From contig AP027131.1 of assembly GCA_027925225.1 (NCBI GenBank), positions 480,001-512,000 of the forward strand: DNA of 32,000 nt. Reading direction: 5' to 3'. The notes beneath the pieces are model-generated. The model searched no databases. It was not told the DNA's origin and was given only the letters and a program-made list of their open reading frames with translations. Both the position numbers and the translations under genes were made by a program. Positions 1 to 11,844 of the stretch are shown here, piece by piece. The stretch comes from Candidatus Saccharimonadota bacterium. Its GTDB lineage: Bacteria > Bacillota_I > Bacilli_A > Mycoplasmatales > Hepatoplasmataceae. How positions within the stretch are numbered: the stretch's first letter is position 1; each line of letters starts with the position of its first letter.

Positions 1-324
1 TATGGGGTCGGAGAATTTATAATAGGTTTCTTTTTTAACTATAAAATTTTTATGATTTCAAAAGAAAATTTTAGAGTTGCTGCCTTCATGGGGGCAATTT
101 CTACAATACTTTATGCAATTCTTATTTCTAGTTCTGCTTTTATTGCCGGAACTTCGCTTGATGGAGCTTATTGATTTGTTGTTGTCTCTGCTTTTACAAT
201 GGGAATTGGTAATTTCTTTGCTGCAATTCTTGTTCCTGTAATTTCTAAAAAACTTGGACATTTTAAAAATGAAGAAGAAAATAAAATAATAGTAGAAGAA
301 TTAAAAAGTGAGGAAAATCATTAA
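1..324 (+). CDS. Small integral membrane protein, 5'-truncated by the window edge; possibly DUF5698/UPF0316-like
   Basis: Frame 1 is open from base 1 to TAA at 322-324, with one internal TGA read as Trp. The product is hydrophobic (..FRVAAFMGAISTILYAILISSSAF..VVVSAFTMGIGNFFAAILVPV..). The segment NYKIFMISKENFRVAAFMGAIST parallels SYKVYLMGKRKFLRAAVYGGFST in the next ORF. The antisense ORF 58-261 in the track is a shadow frame. Confidence 0.4.
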
Positions 325-654
325 ATGGAAACATTTTTAATTATTCTTTTTATTATTTTTATGTTTTTATTTAATTTATTAGTACAGTGAATGTTTAGCT
401 ATAAAGTTTACCTAATGGGAAAGAGAAAATTTTTAAGAGCAGCAGTCTATGGAGGTTTTTCTACAATGTTTGGTGCACTTTTTATTGGAATTATTTCCTT
501 ACAATTTTTAATAATGGATGAAATTTGAGCTCCTATAGTTGAAATTTTTGCTTTAACAATAAGCACATATATTGGAACAATAATTACACCAAAGGTAGAT
601 AAATATTTAATTAAAAGAAAAAAAGATAAAGAAAAATATAAAATTAAAAAATAA
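325..654 (+). CDS. Small integral membrane protein (109 aa), paralogous to the preceding ORF; possibly DUF5698/UPF0316-like
   Basis: ATG at 325 directly abuts the upstream stop; TAA at 652-654. Two TGA codons read as Trp. It has two or three hydrophobic helices and a Lys-rich tail. The motif K-x-x-F-L/R-x-A-A-x-x-G-x-x-S-T is shared with ORF 1-324. Confidence 0.45.
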
Positions 655-785
655 TTTATATTTAAAAAAATTAGAGGTAAATTATTTTAAAACCAAAGTA
701 AAAGATGAATTAAAGAATTTGAAATTAATTTAAATAACAATTTTAAAAAAGTAATGAAAAATAATAAATATTTTAATTAAAGTAA

Positions 786-2486
786 TTAAACATAAAAATA
801 ACTATTTCATCCTATCTCAATATTACTAATATCCAATCAAAATGGATATGCTCGATATGCATTACTACCTTCTGGGTAAGACATTGCATAAATAACTTCT
901 TTATCTTTTAGAGTCATTGTATTTCTATCTATTCCATCATATTTAATAATAGAAGTTCTACAAACGCCCACTCCATAATCACTAAAATTTGTATCGTCGT
1001 AATTATTTTCTGGTGAAAAAGTACAAACATAATTATCATCATCTATTGTATAAAAAAGAACATCTCCTTTAAAATCTGCTCGAGGTATTTCTTCATTTAC
1101 AATAAGTTCAGCACTAAAATCATTTTCGTCTACTGCAACAACTTTTAAAAATGATTTTTTATTTTCAAATCCTGAATTAATATCATAGGGATTACTTCCA
1201 TTAGAGTGTTCAGAAAAAATTGAATTTGAGGGATTATGATTATCAAACATTGAATAATAACTTAAATTAGGATCATAATTTGGAAAAACATTAAGATAAT
1301 TAGGAATACTTTCAATATAGTTATTTAAATATCTAACAAAATGTTCGCCAGCAAAAGCGGCACTTGAAGGTAAATTCATTATAGAATTAGGGTTATTTTT
1401 ATCTAAATCATTATAATCATATTTTATGTCTCCAACTTTATATGTATTGATAGTTTTAGATTCTCAATTTTTATTCATAGTAGGAGTATAAAAGGGATTT
1501 TCAATATATTCTCCAACTTCATATATAATGGGTGTTTCTCCATTGCTATCTAACATACTGTAATAATAATTATAGGGCGTTCCAGAGAAAACTCAATTTA
1601 ATGTCGGAACATAATTTTCAGTAAAAATTCCCTCAGTAGAAATTGCAAATATCATTCCAAAATTTCTTGAATTTACGATAATTTCATTATATTTATCATT
1701 ATATTCTAATGAATTACAATGAAAAGGACTATGATAAGGATCAGTAAAACTATTCCCTTCTAATTGAAAAATGGAATATCGTAAATTATTGCCTTCATCT
1801 AAATAATAAAAATCATCTGCTTTGTATCCTAAAACATCAGAAATAGAAATATATTCTGTTCTGGGATTTTCTAAAGTATCATTACTATCTTCAAGAAAAA
1901 TGCCATTATTTAAAATTCCTTTTGAATAATTAGCTGAATCTTCATTAGAAGCAACAAAAGTATTATAAATGCCATTACTTGTCATTCCCATTTCATGATG
2001 ATCTCAATATTTTGAATTATCATATCCATAATTTGATTCTTGAATTATATTTCCATTTTTATCAACAATTGCAATATGTGTAAATCCATTTTCATCAAGA
2101 TATTTAAATTCTCCTGTTAATTTATTATTAAGATAATATAAATAAGAATAGGCATTTGTATATTCTGAATAATAAGTATTTTGATCTTCGTTTGGATTTA
2201 AAATATTTTTTTCTTTTCCATCCATTAATCAAGCAAAAGAATCATAATGACTATTATTTTTTACATTTTTTCTAAAAACATTATCTTTTGTTAAAAAATA
2301 TTGTTCTTCATCAAGTTGATTAACATCATTTTTATAAACTGTTGCTTTATAAGAAGATGTATCATTTCCTAATCCAAAAAATAATCCAAAAAATAAAGAT
2401 AAAATTATAATAATAAATAAAATTATTATTATTATTTTTTTATTTGTATTTTTAATTTTTTTGTTGTTTATTTTTGTGTTTTCCAT
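786..2486 (-). CDS. Membrane-anchored hypothetical protein (566 aa), probably surface-exposed, Asn/Tyr/Asp-rich
   Basis: Track fragments 837-1379, 1593-1991, 2004-2225 and 2229-2486 are all in one frame. I translated the gaps and found only TGA codons, with no TAA or TAG. The track 'stop' at 837 is itself TGA; the true TAA is at 786-788. The N-terminus MENTKINNKKIKNTNKKIIIIILFIIIILSLFFGLFFGLG is a basic stretch plus one TM helix, with no lipobox Cys. Confidence 0.7.
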
Positions 2487-2905
2487 TATATTTATTTCAA
2501 AAATATTTTACTAAGATTTTATAAAAAAAAAATAAATATTTAAAATATTAATTAATTATTATTAAAAGTTTTAATTTTTTTACAATAATTAATATGAAAT
2601 AAATTGAGTTTATAAAATAAAATTTAGAATTATTAAACTTAACAATAAAAACAGTATGAATAATGTTACCTTTTATTTTTTTAATAATGACTTCTAATAA
2701 ATTTAAAAAAAGTTTATTGTTGAAAGAAAATTTAAGCTTATATTAATAAACACAATAATTATTAATACAATTATTTAATTACCTATTTATATATTAATTT
2801 TATGCAACAAAACATTTACTTATGATGAAAATTTAATAATTTGAATGTCAGGAATAACTTTGTAATTTATTATTTACTTAATTCAATACAAAAAAATATA
2901 AATTT

Positions 2906-2931
2906 AAAAATGATAATTAATTACCATTTTT
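2906..2931 (-). terminator. Possible weak hairpin terminator downstream of ORF 3038-3394
   Basis: Near-perfect inverted repeat aaaaatgataatt / aattaccattttt with one mismatch, flanked by A/T runs. It is all A/T, so it is weak. Confidence 0.3.
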
Positions 2932-3037
2932 AAATTTTTATTTTTTGTGTTCTAATATTTTATAAATTTTTATAAAACTTTTTTATAAAATTAATAATAT
3001 GTTCTACACAATAATTAATTGTCGGAAAATAATGAAA

Positions 3038-3394
3038 TTATTTTTTAATTTTATTTCTATTAATATTTAATTTTATTTCATTAATTACTTGAAATATCAT
3101 TTTTCTTTCTTCTGGTGTAAACTTTATAAAATAATATCCATGATTTGATAGCGGATTACTAAGTTTACCAAAAAATAATGCTTTTTTTCTAAAATTCATT
3201 TCTACTTCATATGAATTAAATAAATTTAGTAGAAAATCTTTATTAATGCTTTTAAACATAGATCTTTTACTTTTTATATATCCTTTATTAAAAAGTAGGT
3301 TTTTCAAATCATCTATATTTTCATTTGTTTTTAAAAAATTTAAAAATTCTAATCTTAAATTTTCTTTGTTAAAATTTTTCTTACAATTATCCAT
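3038..3394 (-). CDS. Hypothetical Lys-rich protein (118 aa) sitting where a 23S rRNA gene would normally follow the 16S
   Basis: Uninterrupted ATG-to-TAA ORF of 118 codons in DNA where TAA/TAG-type stops are expected to be frequent. I recognise no motif. Confidence 0.45.
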   Translation of the reverse strand: MDNCKKNFNKENLRLEFLNFLKTNENIDDLKNLLFNKGYIKSKRSMFKSINKDFLLNLFNSYEVEMNFRKKALFFGKLSNPLSNHGYYFIKFTPEERKMIFQVINEIKLNINRNKIKK

Positions 3395-3484
3395 AGTTTT
3401 AAAATCATCTCCTTAATTATGTTCATTATTTATTTCCATTTTAATTTTAAAACAAAAATAAATAAATAGAATTATTAAATAAAA

Positions 3485-3511
3485 AAAAGTGATTAACAGT
3501 TAATCACTTTT
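3485..3511 (-). terminator. Rho-independent (bidirectional) terminator immediately 3' of the 16S rRNA gene
   Basis: Perfect 13-bp inverted repeat aaaagtgattaac / gttaatcactttt centred on 3498. It is flanked by an A-run on one side and a T-run on the other, about 70 nt downstream of the 16S 3' end on the minus strand. Confidence 0.6.
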
Positions 3512-3531
3512 TATTTATATTTCTAATAACT

Positions 3532-3552
3532 CTCTGAAAACTAAATAGAACC
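3532..3552 (-). other. 3' arm of the pre-16S rRNA processing stem (RNase III-type helix)
   Basis: ctctgaaaactaaatagaacc is the reverse complement of 5116-5138 (ggttctatttagttttcaaagag) apart from a 2-nt bulge. The two arms bracket the mature 16S. Confidence 0.7.
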
Positions 3553-3583
3553 TATTAAAACAAATAATTTTTAAATTCCTATA

Positions 3584-5108
<1,525 letters not shown>

Positions 5109-5115
5109 AATTGAT

Positions 5116-5138
5116 GGTTCTATTTAGTTTTCAAAGAG
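5116..5138 (-). other. 5' arm of the pre-16S rRNA processing stem
   Basis: Complementary to 3532-3552 (see that feature). It lies about 8-30 nt upstream of the mature 16S 5' end. Confidence 0.7.
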
Positions 5139-5409
5139 CTATTTGTGTCTTAACTTTAAGAAGCAAAGACACCACGAATGAGAATGAAAAGATAAAAACA
5201 CTTTTATAAATCACACACACAAAACACAAATTAGTTTAAGTAAATAAGATTTTTTTAATTAAACATCCCATTCGCTAAAACAATTATATATTAAAAAATA
5301 ATACAAAACATAAATATTTTTTTCAAAAGTTTATTTTTCTATATTTTTAAATAAAAATGAATTAAAAAATATAAAATTAATGCTTTTAAATTGATAAAAT
5401 AAGTGTAAT

Positions 5410-6090
5410 ATGAATAAAAAATTAAAATTAAAAATTAAAAAGAATTTTGGATTCGTAATATTAATTATAAGTGGAATAATAGGAATAGCATTTCTACTGG
5501 GAATGCTTTCTCCATTTTATAGTCAAAATAAAAATTGAGATTATAATGAAAATTTTGATTCTGATGAAGAAATTGTTATAAATGGTTCATTTATGGATAG
5601 TAATAATGAAATGCATGAAATAAATTTTTATGATGAAGGTGATTCAAATAACATATTATTTGTTTATAAAGATGGAAGAAAAGCAGAATTTAAAACTACG
5701 AGTGAATACATAACTGATCTTGAAAATGGTAATACTGAAGGTTATTTATTTGCTGTTCCACAGATTTCAATCACTGTTGATCTTGACAAAAATAAACAAA
5801 AAATTGAAGTAAAAGATAATAATATGGAAATAATTGATCTTAATGAAAATGATGATATTAATGAAACAAATGTAAATTTTAGCGATTGAAATACTGTATA
5901 TAATAATAAAATTGATGAATCAGATGGATTTGAACAAAGATGAGCAACTGATAATATTATTTCAATTGATACAGATAATAAAGTAATTAATATTGAAACA
6001 GTAAATGAAATAAACGAAGAATTTACATTAGCTTCTGATATAGATGGTGATTATGGAACAATATATTTTCAATCAGAATGATATGAATAA
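5410..6090 (+). CDS. Membrane-anchored or secreted hypothetical protein (226 aa), acidic and Asn-rich
   Basis: The ATG at 5410 is in frame with track ORF 5593-5889. The frame is interrupted only by TGA (5536, 5887, 5941, 6079 regions) and ends at TAA 6088-6090. The N-terminus MNKKLKLKIKKNFGFVILIISGIIGIAFLLGML is a basic stretch plus a TM/signal anchor. Confidence 0.65.
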
Positions 6091-6109
6091 TGTATTTGCT
6101 TATTAAAAA

Positions 6110-6754
6110 TTATTTTTTAATTTTTAAATAATAAATTGGTTTACCTTGTTCTATAAATTTTTTTTCGTATTCCGTTTTTATAATTTTTTTATTATTTTTT
6201 TTATGTAAATCATAATTTTTTTCAATAATTTTAAATTTTTGAAATTCTTTTAATTCTTCTAATAAAAACTCAAATAAAGGCAAATTATCAGTTTTAAATT
6301 CTATAATTCCATTCTTTTTTAAAAGTTTGTAATATATATCTAAAAAATCTATATATATTAATCTTCTTTTTTTATGTCTATCTTTTGGCCAAGGATCAGG
6401 AAAATTAATATATATTTTTTTTAAACTATTTTTTTCAAAATATTTATCTAAGGAAAAAACATCAATATTTAAAAAATATATATTATTTAAATCTTTGTTA
6501 TTAAAAATAATTTTTTTAATAGCCAAACCTTGAATAGTTATATTTTTCTCAATTCCAACAAAATTAATTTTCTTATTTTCTTTTAATTTTTCAACTAAAA
6601 AATCACCTTTGCCATGTCCCAATTCAATTTCAACAGGATAATCATTTTTAAAATAATCTTTTCAATTTTTATTATTAAAAGAAGAATCATTAAGAACATA
6701 TTTTGATTCTCTTAAAAATTCATCTGCTCATTTTTTATTTCTTATACGTCCCAT
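6110..6754 (-). CDS. trmB: tRNA (guanine-N7)-methyltransferase
   Basis: ELGHGKGDF (SAM-binding loop), FVGIE, and the hallmark INFPDPWPKDRHKKRRL. The N-terminus extends through three TGA codons to ATG at 6752-6754 (MGRIRNKKWADEFL..). At 214 aa the length is typical. Confidence 0.85.
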
Positions 6755-6779
6755 AAAAATAATATTTTAAATATTATAT

Positions 6780-7475
6780 TTAATTTACTAAACTTTTTTT
6801 ATTAATATAAATTCTTTTAGCAAAATTTAAAATAATTAAAACAAGAAGAATTATTGATTCTATTTTAATTCCATAAATATAGTTATCAATTGTATCCTCT
6901 GGTTTTCCCGTTTGTAAAAATACCATAATTAAGAAAATAGTTATCAAATTAATTATTAAAACAATAATCAAGAATAAATAACCATCAGCTTTTTCTCTTT
7001 TATTATTATTAAAAAAAGAAATAAAGAAAATGGAACAAATATTAAATAAAATTAAGAAAAAAGATAAAAAAAGAATTTCTAAAAAGAAAACTGTTTCAAA
7101 ATATCCAATATAACTAATAAGATAAATAATATAAAAAATTATGTAATAAAAAAACAAAAATGTTAAGACTATAAGCGAATTTATAAAAGTATTTTTATTA
7201 TTATTAATATATGAGAAATTAATTTTTTTTAAATATAAATAAATATAACAACTAAAAAAAGTGCCATAAAGAGCAACAAAAAAGAATTTCATATTTCAAA
7301 AATCTTCTAAATAATCAGCTCAATTCATTCAATTTGTATTTTGATGAAAAATAATAATATTTATACTTTTATAAAGAGTTAAAAATAACAAAAGTGTAAT
7401 TATAAAAAATAAAACATTTTTAAAATTAAATAATTTCTTAAAATAAAAAACAAATAAATAAATAGATTCTTTCAT
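6780..7475 (-). CDS. Polytopic integral membrane protein, unknown function (231 aa)
   Basis: Track ORF 6780-7292 extends upstream in frame through four TGA codons to ATG 7473-7475; TAA at 7479-7481 closes the frame above. I checked the triplets and found no TAA or TAG. It has about six hydrophobic segments. Confidence 0.6.
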
Positions 7476-7529
7476 AAATTAAAATAAACTTATAAAAATT
7501 ATAGTTCTATATAATCAAGTTAGTTTAAA

Positions 7530-8321
7530 TTAATTATTAATTTTAATTTTTGATTTATAAATTTGTGTTCAATTATATATTCCTAAATAAAAAAAAGATA
7601 AATAAAAAATATCACTTACTACATATATTCAAATATGATATTCAATTGCTAAAGTTAAAGCCGATGCTGCTGAAAGAACATAAAATAAATAACTCTGAAG
7701 ATATTTTTTTGTAATAAGCGCTCACCCTGTAAGGAAACTTAAGCTAACAAAAGCATCTAAATAGGCTGCATTATCTTGATAATCGGTACCATCTAATCAA
7801 ACTTTAATTCCTTTTCCTAAAAGAAAAGTAAAAATAACAACAAAAATTAAAATAACTAAAGTTCATAATCACTTTTGTTTTTTAATTTCTTCGTCTTTCT
7901 CTTTTCTGCCTCAATTTAGATATGCTTTTGAAACAATAAAAAACATAATAATTTGTTCCATTGTTTCAAATCATAAAGATAAAATAATGCAACTTAATAT
8001 ATAGGTAAAAATAAATATAAAATAAAAAATAAAACATTTTTTATTATTGCGATGTAAAAAAATATCACCAAAAATTCCAGAAAGAGAAGAGGAAACACAT
8101 AAAACAAATCAAAAATAAATAATTCAAGTTTGATCTTTCTGCTTTCAATCTTTAAAAGTTTCATCTCTTATAACACCTTCATTAAAAAAGAAACTATAAA
8201 CAGAAAAAATAGTTGCTAAAGATATAAAAAAAACAACAATCATAAATATTCATTTAGAATACAAGAAGTAATTTAATTTTTTATTTATCTTATTTAAAAT
8301 CGTAACCTTATTTTGTGACAT
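7530..8321 (-). CDS. PnuC-family (nicotinamide riboside / vitamin-riboside) transporter-like membrane protein (263 aa)
   Basis: This ORF is invisible in the standard-code track because of many TGA codons. It runs from ATG at 8319-8321 to TAA at 7530-7532. Segments resemble PnuC landmarks: ..HRNNKKCFIFYFIF.., ..AYLNWGRKEKDEE.. (cf. YGWYxW) and ..DAFVSLSFLTGWALITKKYLQSYLFYV.. (cf. D-x-x-x-x-LS-x-x-A-x-x-L-x-x-x-KY-x-E-x-W-x-x-W). The call rests on by-eye similarity only. Confidence 0.5.
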
Positions 8322-8322
8322 T

Positions 8323-9312
8323 TTATTTCATCATTATTAATGAAAATAATTTATCTTTGCTTAAATTAAAAAAATAACTTTCAAAATCATTTATTGAATC
8401 AATAGTTTTTCTAATTTGTTCTTTATCATATTCAACATTAATAAATTTATCTTTTAATTTTGAAGTATCTTTTCTAGAAAAATATTCTCCAAAAATTTCA
8501 AAATCAATAATTTTATTATTATCTAAATTAAAATAAATTTGAATTGTTCCAAATCCTGGAATATATTCTCCTGTTTGAAAATCATATTTTTCCTTATTAT
8601 CTAAAATAAAATCAATTGCTTCTTCTTTTTGTTTTGCAATTTTATTTATTTCTAATAATTGTTCCTCATTAAATTTATATTCAATATTATTAGAAATAAA
8701 AGAAATTAAATCCTTAACAAAAGTTTCAAGCGAAATTTTTTTATCTTCTGATAAAAAATCAAAAATCTTTCCAACTCTTGATTGTACAGATTTTATTCCC
8801 TTTGATTTTATTTTGTCATAATTTGGGGTAAGAATTTTATCAACATCTTTAAAATCAATATTAAAAATTAAAGTTCCATGATGTATTAAATTATTATTAA
8901 AAACAAATTGTGAAGCACCTGAAATTTTTTTATTTTCTATAGTAATATCATTTCTTCCGCCAAACTTTGAATTTAAGTTTAATTTATGATTTAAGAAATC
9001 AACAATTGGTTTACTATATTTTTCAAAATTATAAATATCTTCAGCTTTATTTTTAACAATAAAGGAATAATTTACATTCCCTAAATCTTGATAAACTGCT
9101 CCTCCTCCAGAAAGCCTTCTTACTAGTAAAATTCCTTTTTCTCTTAAAAAATCAACATTAACTTCACTAAAGGGATTTTGGTTTTTACCAATAATTACTG
9201 AAGGTTTATTTATATACATATAGAATAAATCTTCATTCAGATTTTTTATAATGTATTCTTCTGCCGCAAGATTAAAATAAGGATTATTATTTTTAGATAA
9301 AATATATTTCAT
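8323..9312 (-). CDS. lplA: Lipoate-protein ligase A
   Basis: 329 aa. It carries the N-terminal NPYFNLAAEEY, RRLSGGGAVYQDLGN and KISGASQ motifs typical of LplA. It lies directly downstream of the 2-oxoacid dehydrogenase genes. Confidence 0.9.
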   Translation of the reverse strand: MKYILSKNNNPYFNLAAEEYIIKNLNEDLFYMYINKPSVIIGKNQNPFSEVNVDFLREKGILLVRRLSGGGAVYQDLGNVNYSFIVKNKAEDIYNFEKYSKPIVDFLNHKLNLNSKFGGRNDITIENKKISGASQFVFNNNLIHHGTLIFNIDFKDVDKILTPNYDKIKSKGIKSVQSRVGKIFDFLSEDKKISLETFVKDLISFISNNIEYKFNEEQLLEINKIAKQKEEAIDFILDNKEKYDFQTGEYIPGFGTIQIYFNLDNNKIIDFEIFGEYFSRKDTSKLKDKFINVEYDKEQIRKTIDSINDFESYFFNLSKDKLFSLIMMK

Positions 9313-9333
9313 TTTCTTTCTCCGTTTTTAAAA

Positions 9334-9354
9334 GTATAGCTTTATAAGCTATAC
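9334..9354 (-). terminator. Hairpin (attenuator or partial terminator) between the E1 ORF and lplA
   Basis: gtatagctt-tat-aagctatac is a perfect 9-bp stem overlapping the TAG stop (9349-9351). On the minus strand it is followed by ttttaaaaa, then a GGAGA Shine-Dalgarno and the lplA ATG. Confidence 0.45.
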
Positions 9355-11832
9355 ACCATATTTAGCTCTTCTTTTATATTCAATAATTGTATTATTTTTT
9401 ATTGTTTGATAATCATTTAATTTCATTATTTTAGAATCAATTGTTGAAAGAATATCGTCCAATTGTGGATAAATGTACTTTTCATAATCCGCACCTGGCA
9501 TTATTCAGTTTCTTGCCCCGAGCACTGCGGGGGCAGCATCAAGATAATCAAAAACAAATTCTGAAATATTTGAAGATACAGATTTCATAAAATTCATACG
9601 TTCAAATCCTTCATTAATTAAAATAATTTTTCCTGTTTTTTTTACTGATTCAATAACAATATCATAATCAAAAGGTACAGCTGAACGCATATCAATTACT
9701 TCTGCATTTATATTATATTTTTCCTTTAAAACTTTAACAGCATCCATTGCAACATAAAGTGCTGCGCCCAAAGTAACTATTGTTAAATCTTCTCCACTAC
9801 TTCTTATTACACCTTTTCCAAATGGAATTTCATAATATTCTTTAGGAACTCCTTCTTTAACAAAAAATTCTCCTTTATCATAAAGTTTTTGTGTTTCTAT
9901 AAAAAAAGTAGGATCATCTAAGCTTAATGCCGTATTCATTAATCCTTTTGCATCATATGGAGTAACTGGAGCAACTACATTAATTCCTGTAATTGAAGAA
10001 ATTACTGAAGTATAATCTTGAGAATGTTGAACACCATATTGTGAACCAATATTTGTTCTAACAACTATAGGAAATTTTAATTGTCCTCCAGACATTGCTC
10101 TTCATTTAGATAATTGATTTGATAATTCATCTCCAGCACGGAAAACAAAATCAAAATATTCTAATTCTACAATCGCTTGTCCTCCAGCCATAGCATAACC
10201 ACATGCAGTACCAACAATTGCGGCTTCAGCAATTGGTGAATTAAATAATCTATGATAAGGAAGTGATTCTGTAAGCCCATTATAGACACCATATGCTCCT
10301 CCTCAATCACGCAATTCTTCTCCTCAACCTGCAAAGGTTGGTTCCTTATAATAATGGTCAAGAATAGATTCAAAAATTGCATCTCTAATTTGCAGTGATT
10401 TCATTTTTGAAATAGGATTGCCATTTTTATCTAAAGCAAATCTTTCTCTTTTAGAAATCCTTTTAATTCTTGGATTATCTTCTTTTGGAATACTTACTTC
10501 AATTTTCTTTTTGTTAGTAATTTGATGTTTTTCTCTTGAAAACATCAAGTCATCAAGAACTTGATTATTTCTTTCTCAATCTAATTCTTGTGTAAAAATC
10601 GGATCTATAGAATGTTTATAAATCTCAAGATAAAAATCACTTATTTCTTTTTTAATATCTTCAAATTCTTTTTTATTTTTTAAAATTTTATTTTCAATTA
10701 ATTGGTTAGCAAAAGATTCAATAGGATCAATTTTTCTTCACATTTCAATTTCTTCCGGAACACGATAAGATTCTAAATCTCCTGAAGAGTGACCATTATA
10801 ACGATATGTAATAATCTCGTTTAAAATTGGACCATCACCTTTTAATGCTATTGGTTTTTTTCTTCTCATTAAATCAATTGTCGCTAAAACATCTTGACCA
10901 TTTACTCTTTCGGCAAACATATTTTCTGGATTTATTGCAGCACCAATTCTTGCAGGACCTTTATTACCCATTGTTTCGCCAACAGTTTGTCCACCCATTC
11001 CGTAACCATTATTCATTAAATTAATCATAAATGGTGGACGTTTATTATAAGGTTTATCTCATAATTCTTTAAATTGGTCCATACTAGCAAAATTTAAAGT
11101 TTCTCAAAAAGGACCAGTTGCAATCCCTCCGTCTCCAATATTTGCAATTGAAACACCTTTTTCATTTTGTGTTAATTTAAAAAGAGCTGCTCCTAATGCT
11201 AATGAAGCAGATGCTCCAACAATAGCATTATTTGGATAAATACCAAATGGCGTAAAGAATAAATGCATTGAACCAGATAATCCTAAATTAAATCCTTGTT
11301 TTTTTCCTCAAATTTCAGAAATAAATCCATATATAAAATAAAATATTGCTTTGTCTTTAATGTTTTTAAATTTTTTAGGTGCTTTTTCTACTGATTTTAG
11401 GATATTTTTATTTCAATAATTTTTCATAACTTTTTCAAGTTCATCATCAGACATCTTATAAATTGTTGATAATCCTTTAGAAATAACTTCAGAATGATTA
11501 CGATGAGTACCAAAAATAAAATCATTTTCATCTAATAATCAATGCAAGCCAACAACAGCAGCTTCTTGTCCCATTGCCATATGTGCTGGACCATTATATT
11601 TATAGGGAACTCCCCTTCATTCACTTTTAATTTTTATAGTATCTAAAAATTCTTCGCTGGTACGAATTCAAATCATTTCTCTTAAAATTTCTAATGAATC
11701 TTCTTTTGATAAGTTTTTATTTGAAAGTTCATATTTTAAATCTTTATTATATTGAAATTCAAAAATCTTTCCTAAATCTGTTTCTTTTTTAACAAGTACA
11801 TTTTCTGGTTTAATTAACAATTTTTTTACCAT
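9349..11832 (-). CDS. pdhAB: Pyruvate (2-oxoacid) dehydrogenase E1 component, alpha and beta subunits fused in one 827-aa ORF
   Basis: Alpha part: [15 protein letters not shown], the TPP-binding [13 protein letters not shown] and YRYNGHS. Beta part: IRDAIFESI.., [49 protein letters not shown]. Every triplet between 9349 and 11832 was checked: only TGA codons, no TAA or TAG, including the 60-70 codon Lys-rich linker around 10400-10600. The start ATG 11830-11832 is preceded by AAAGGAG. Confidence 0.85.
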
Positions 11833-11837
11833 TTCTT

Positions 11838-11844
11838 CTCCTTT
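11838..11844 (-). promoter_or_regulatory. Shine-Dalgarno sequence for the fused E1 ORF
   Basis: The minus strand reads tggaatAAAGGAGaagaaATG. The SD overlaps the TAA of pdhD (11843-11845). Confidence 0.7.

Noticed and set aside
58-261. 67-aa minus-strand ORF
   Set aside because: It is a shadow frame antisense to the hydrophobic plus-strand membrane-protein ORF 1-324. Its low-complexity K/N/S/R composition is typical of antisense AT-rich coding DNA.
2940-3010. Three copies of the palindrome TTTATAAA (2959, 2969, 2982), spaced about a helical turn apart and flanked by TGTTCTA direct repeats (2948, 3000)
   Set aside because: In DNA this AT-rich such octamers are expected often by chance. The site has no obvious associated gene start. 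I kept it only as a note, not as a regulatory call.
5212-5230. CA-rich tract (cacacacacaaaacacaaa) upstream of the 16S gene; possible promoter element or microsatellite
   Set aside because: It is short and imperfect. I could not pair it with a convincing -35/-10 arrangement, because candidate TATAAA/TATAAT boxes have 12-15 nt spacers. The 16S promoter therefore remains unassigned.
10167-11024. Track ORFs 10167-10382 (minus strand, other frame) and 10827-11024 (plus strand)
   Set aside because: Both overlap the well-supported E1 alpha-beta ORF in alternative frames and carry no motifs.
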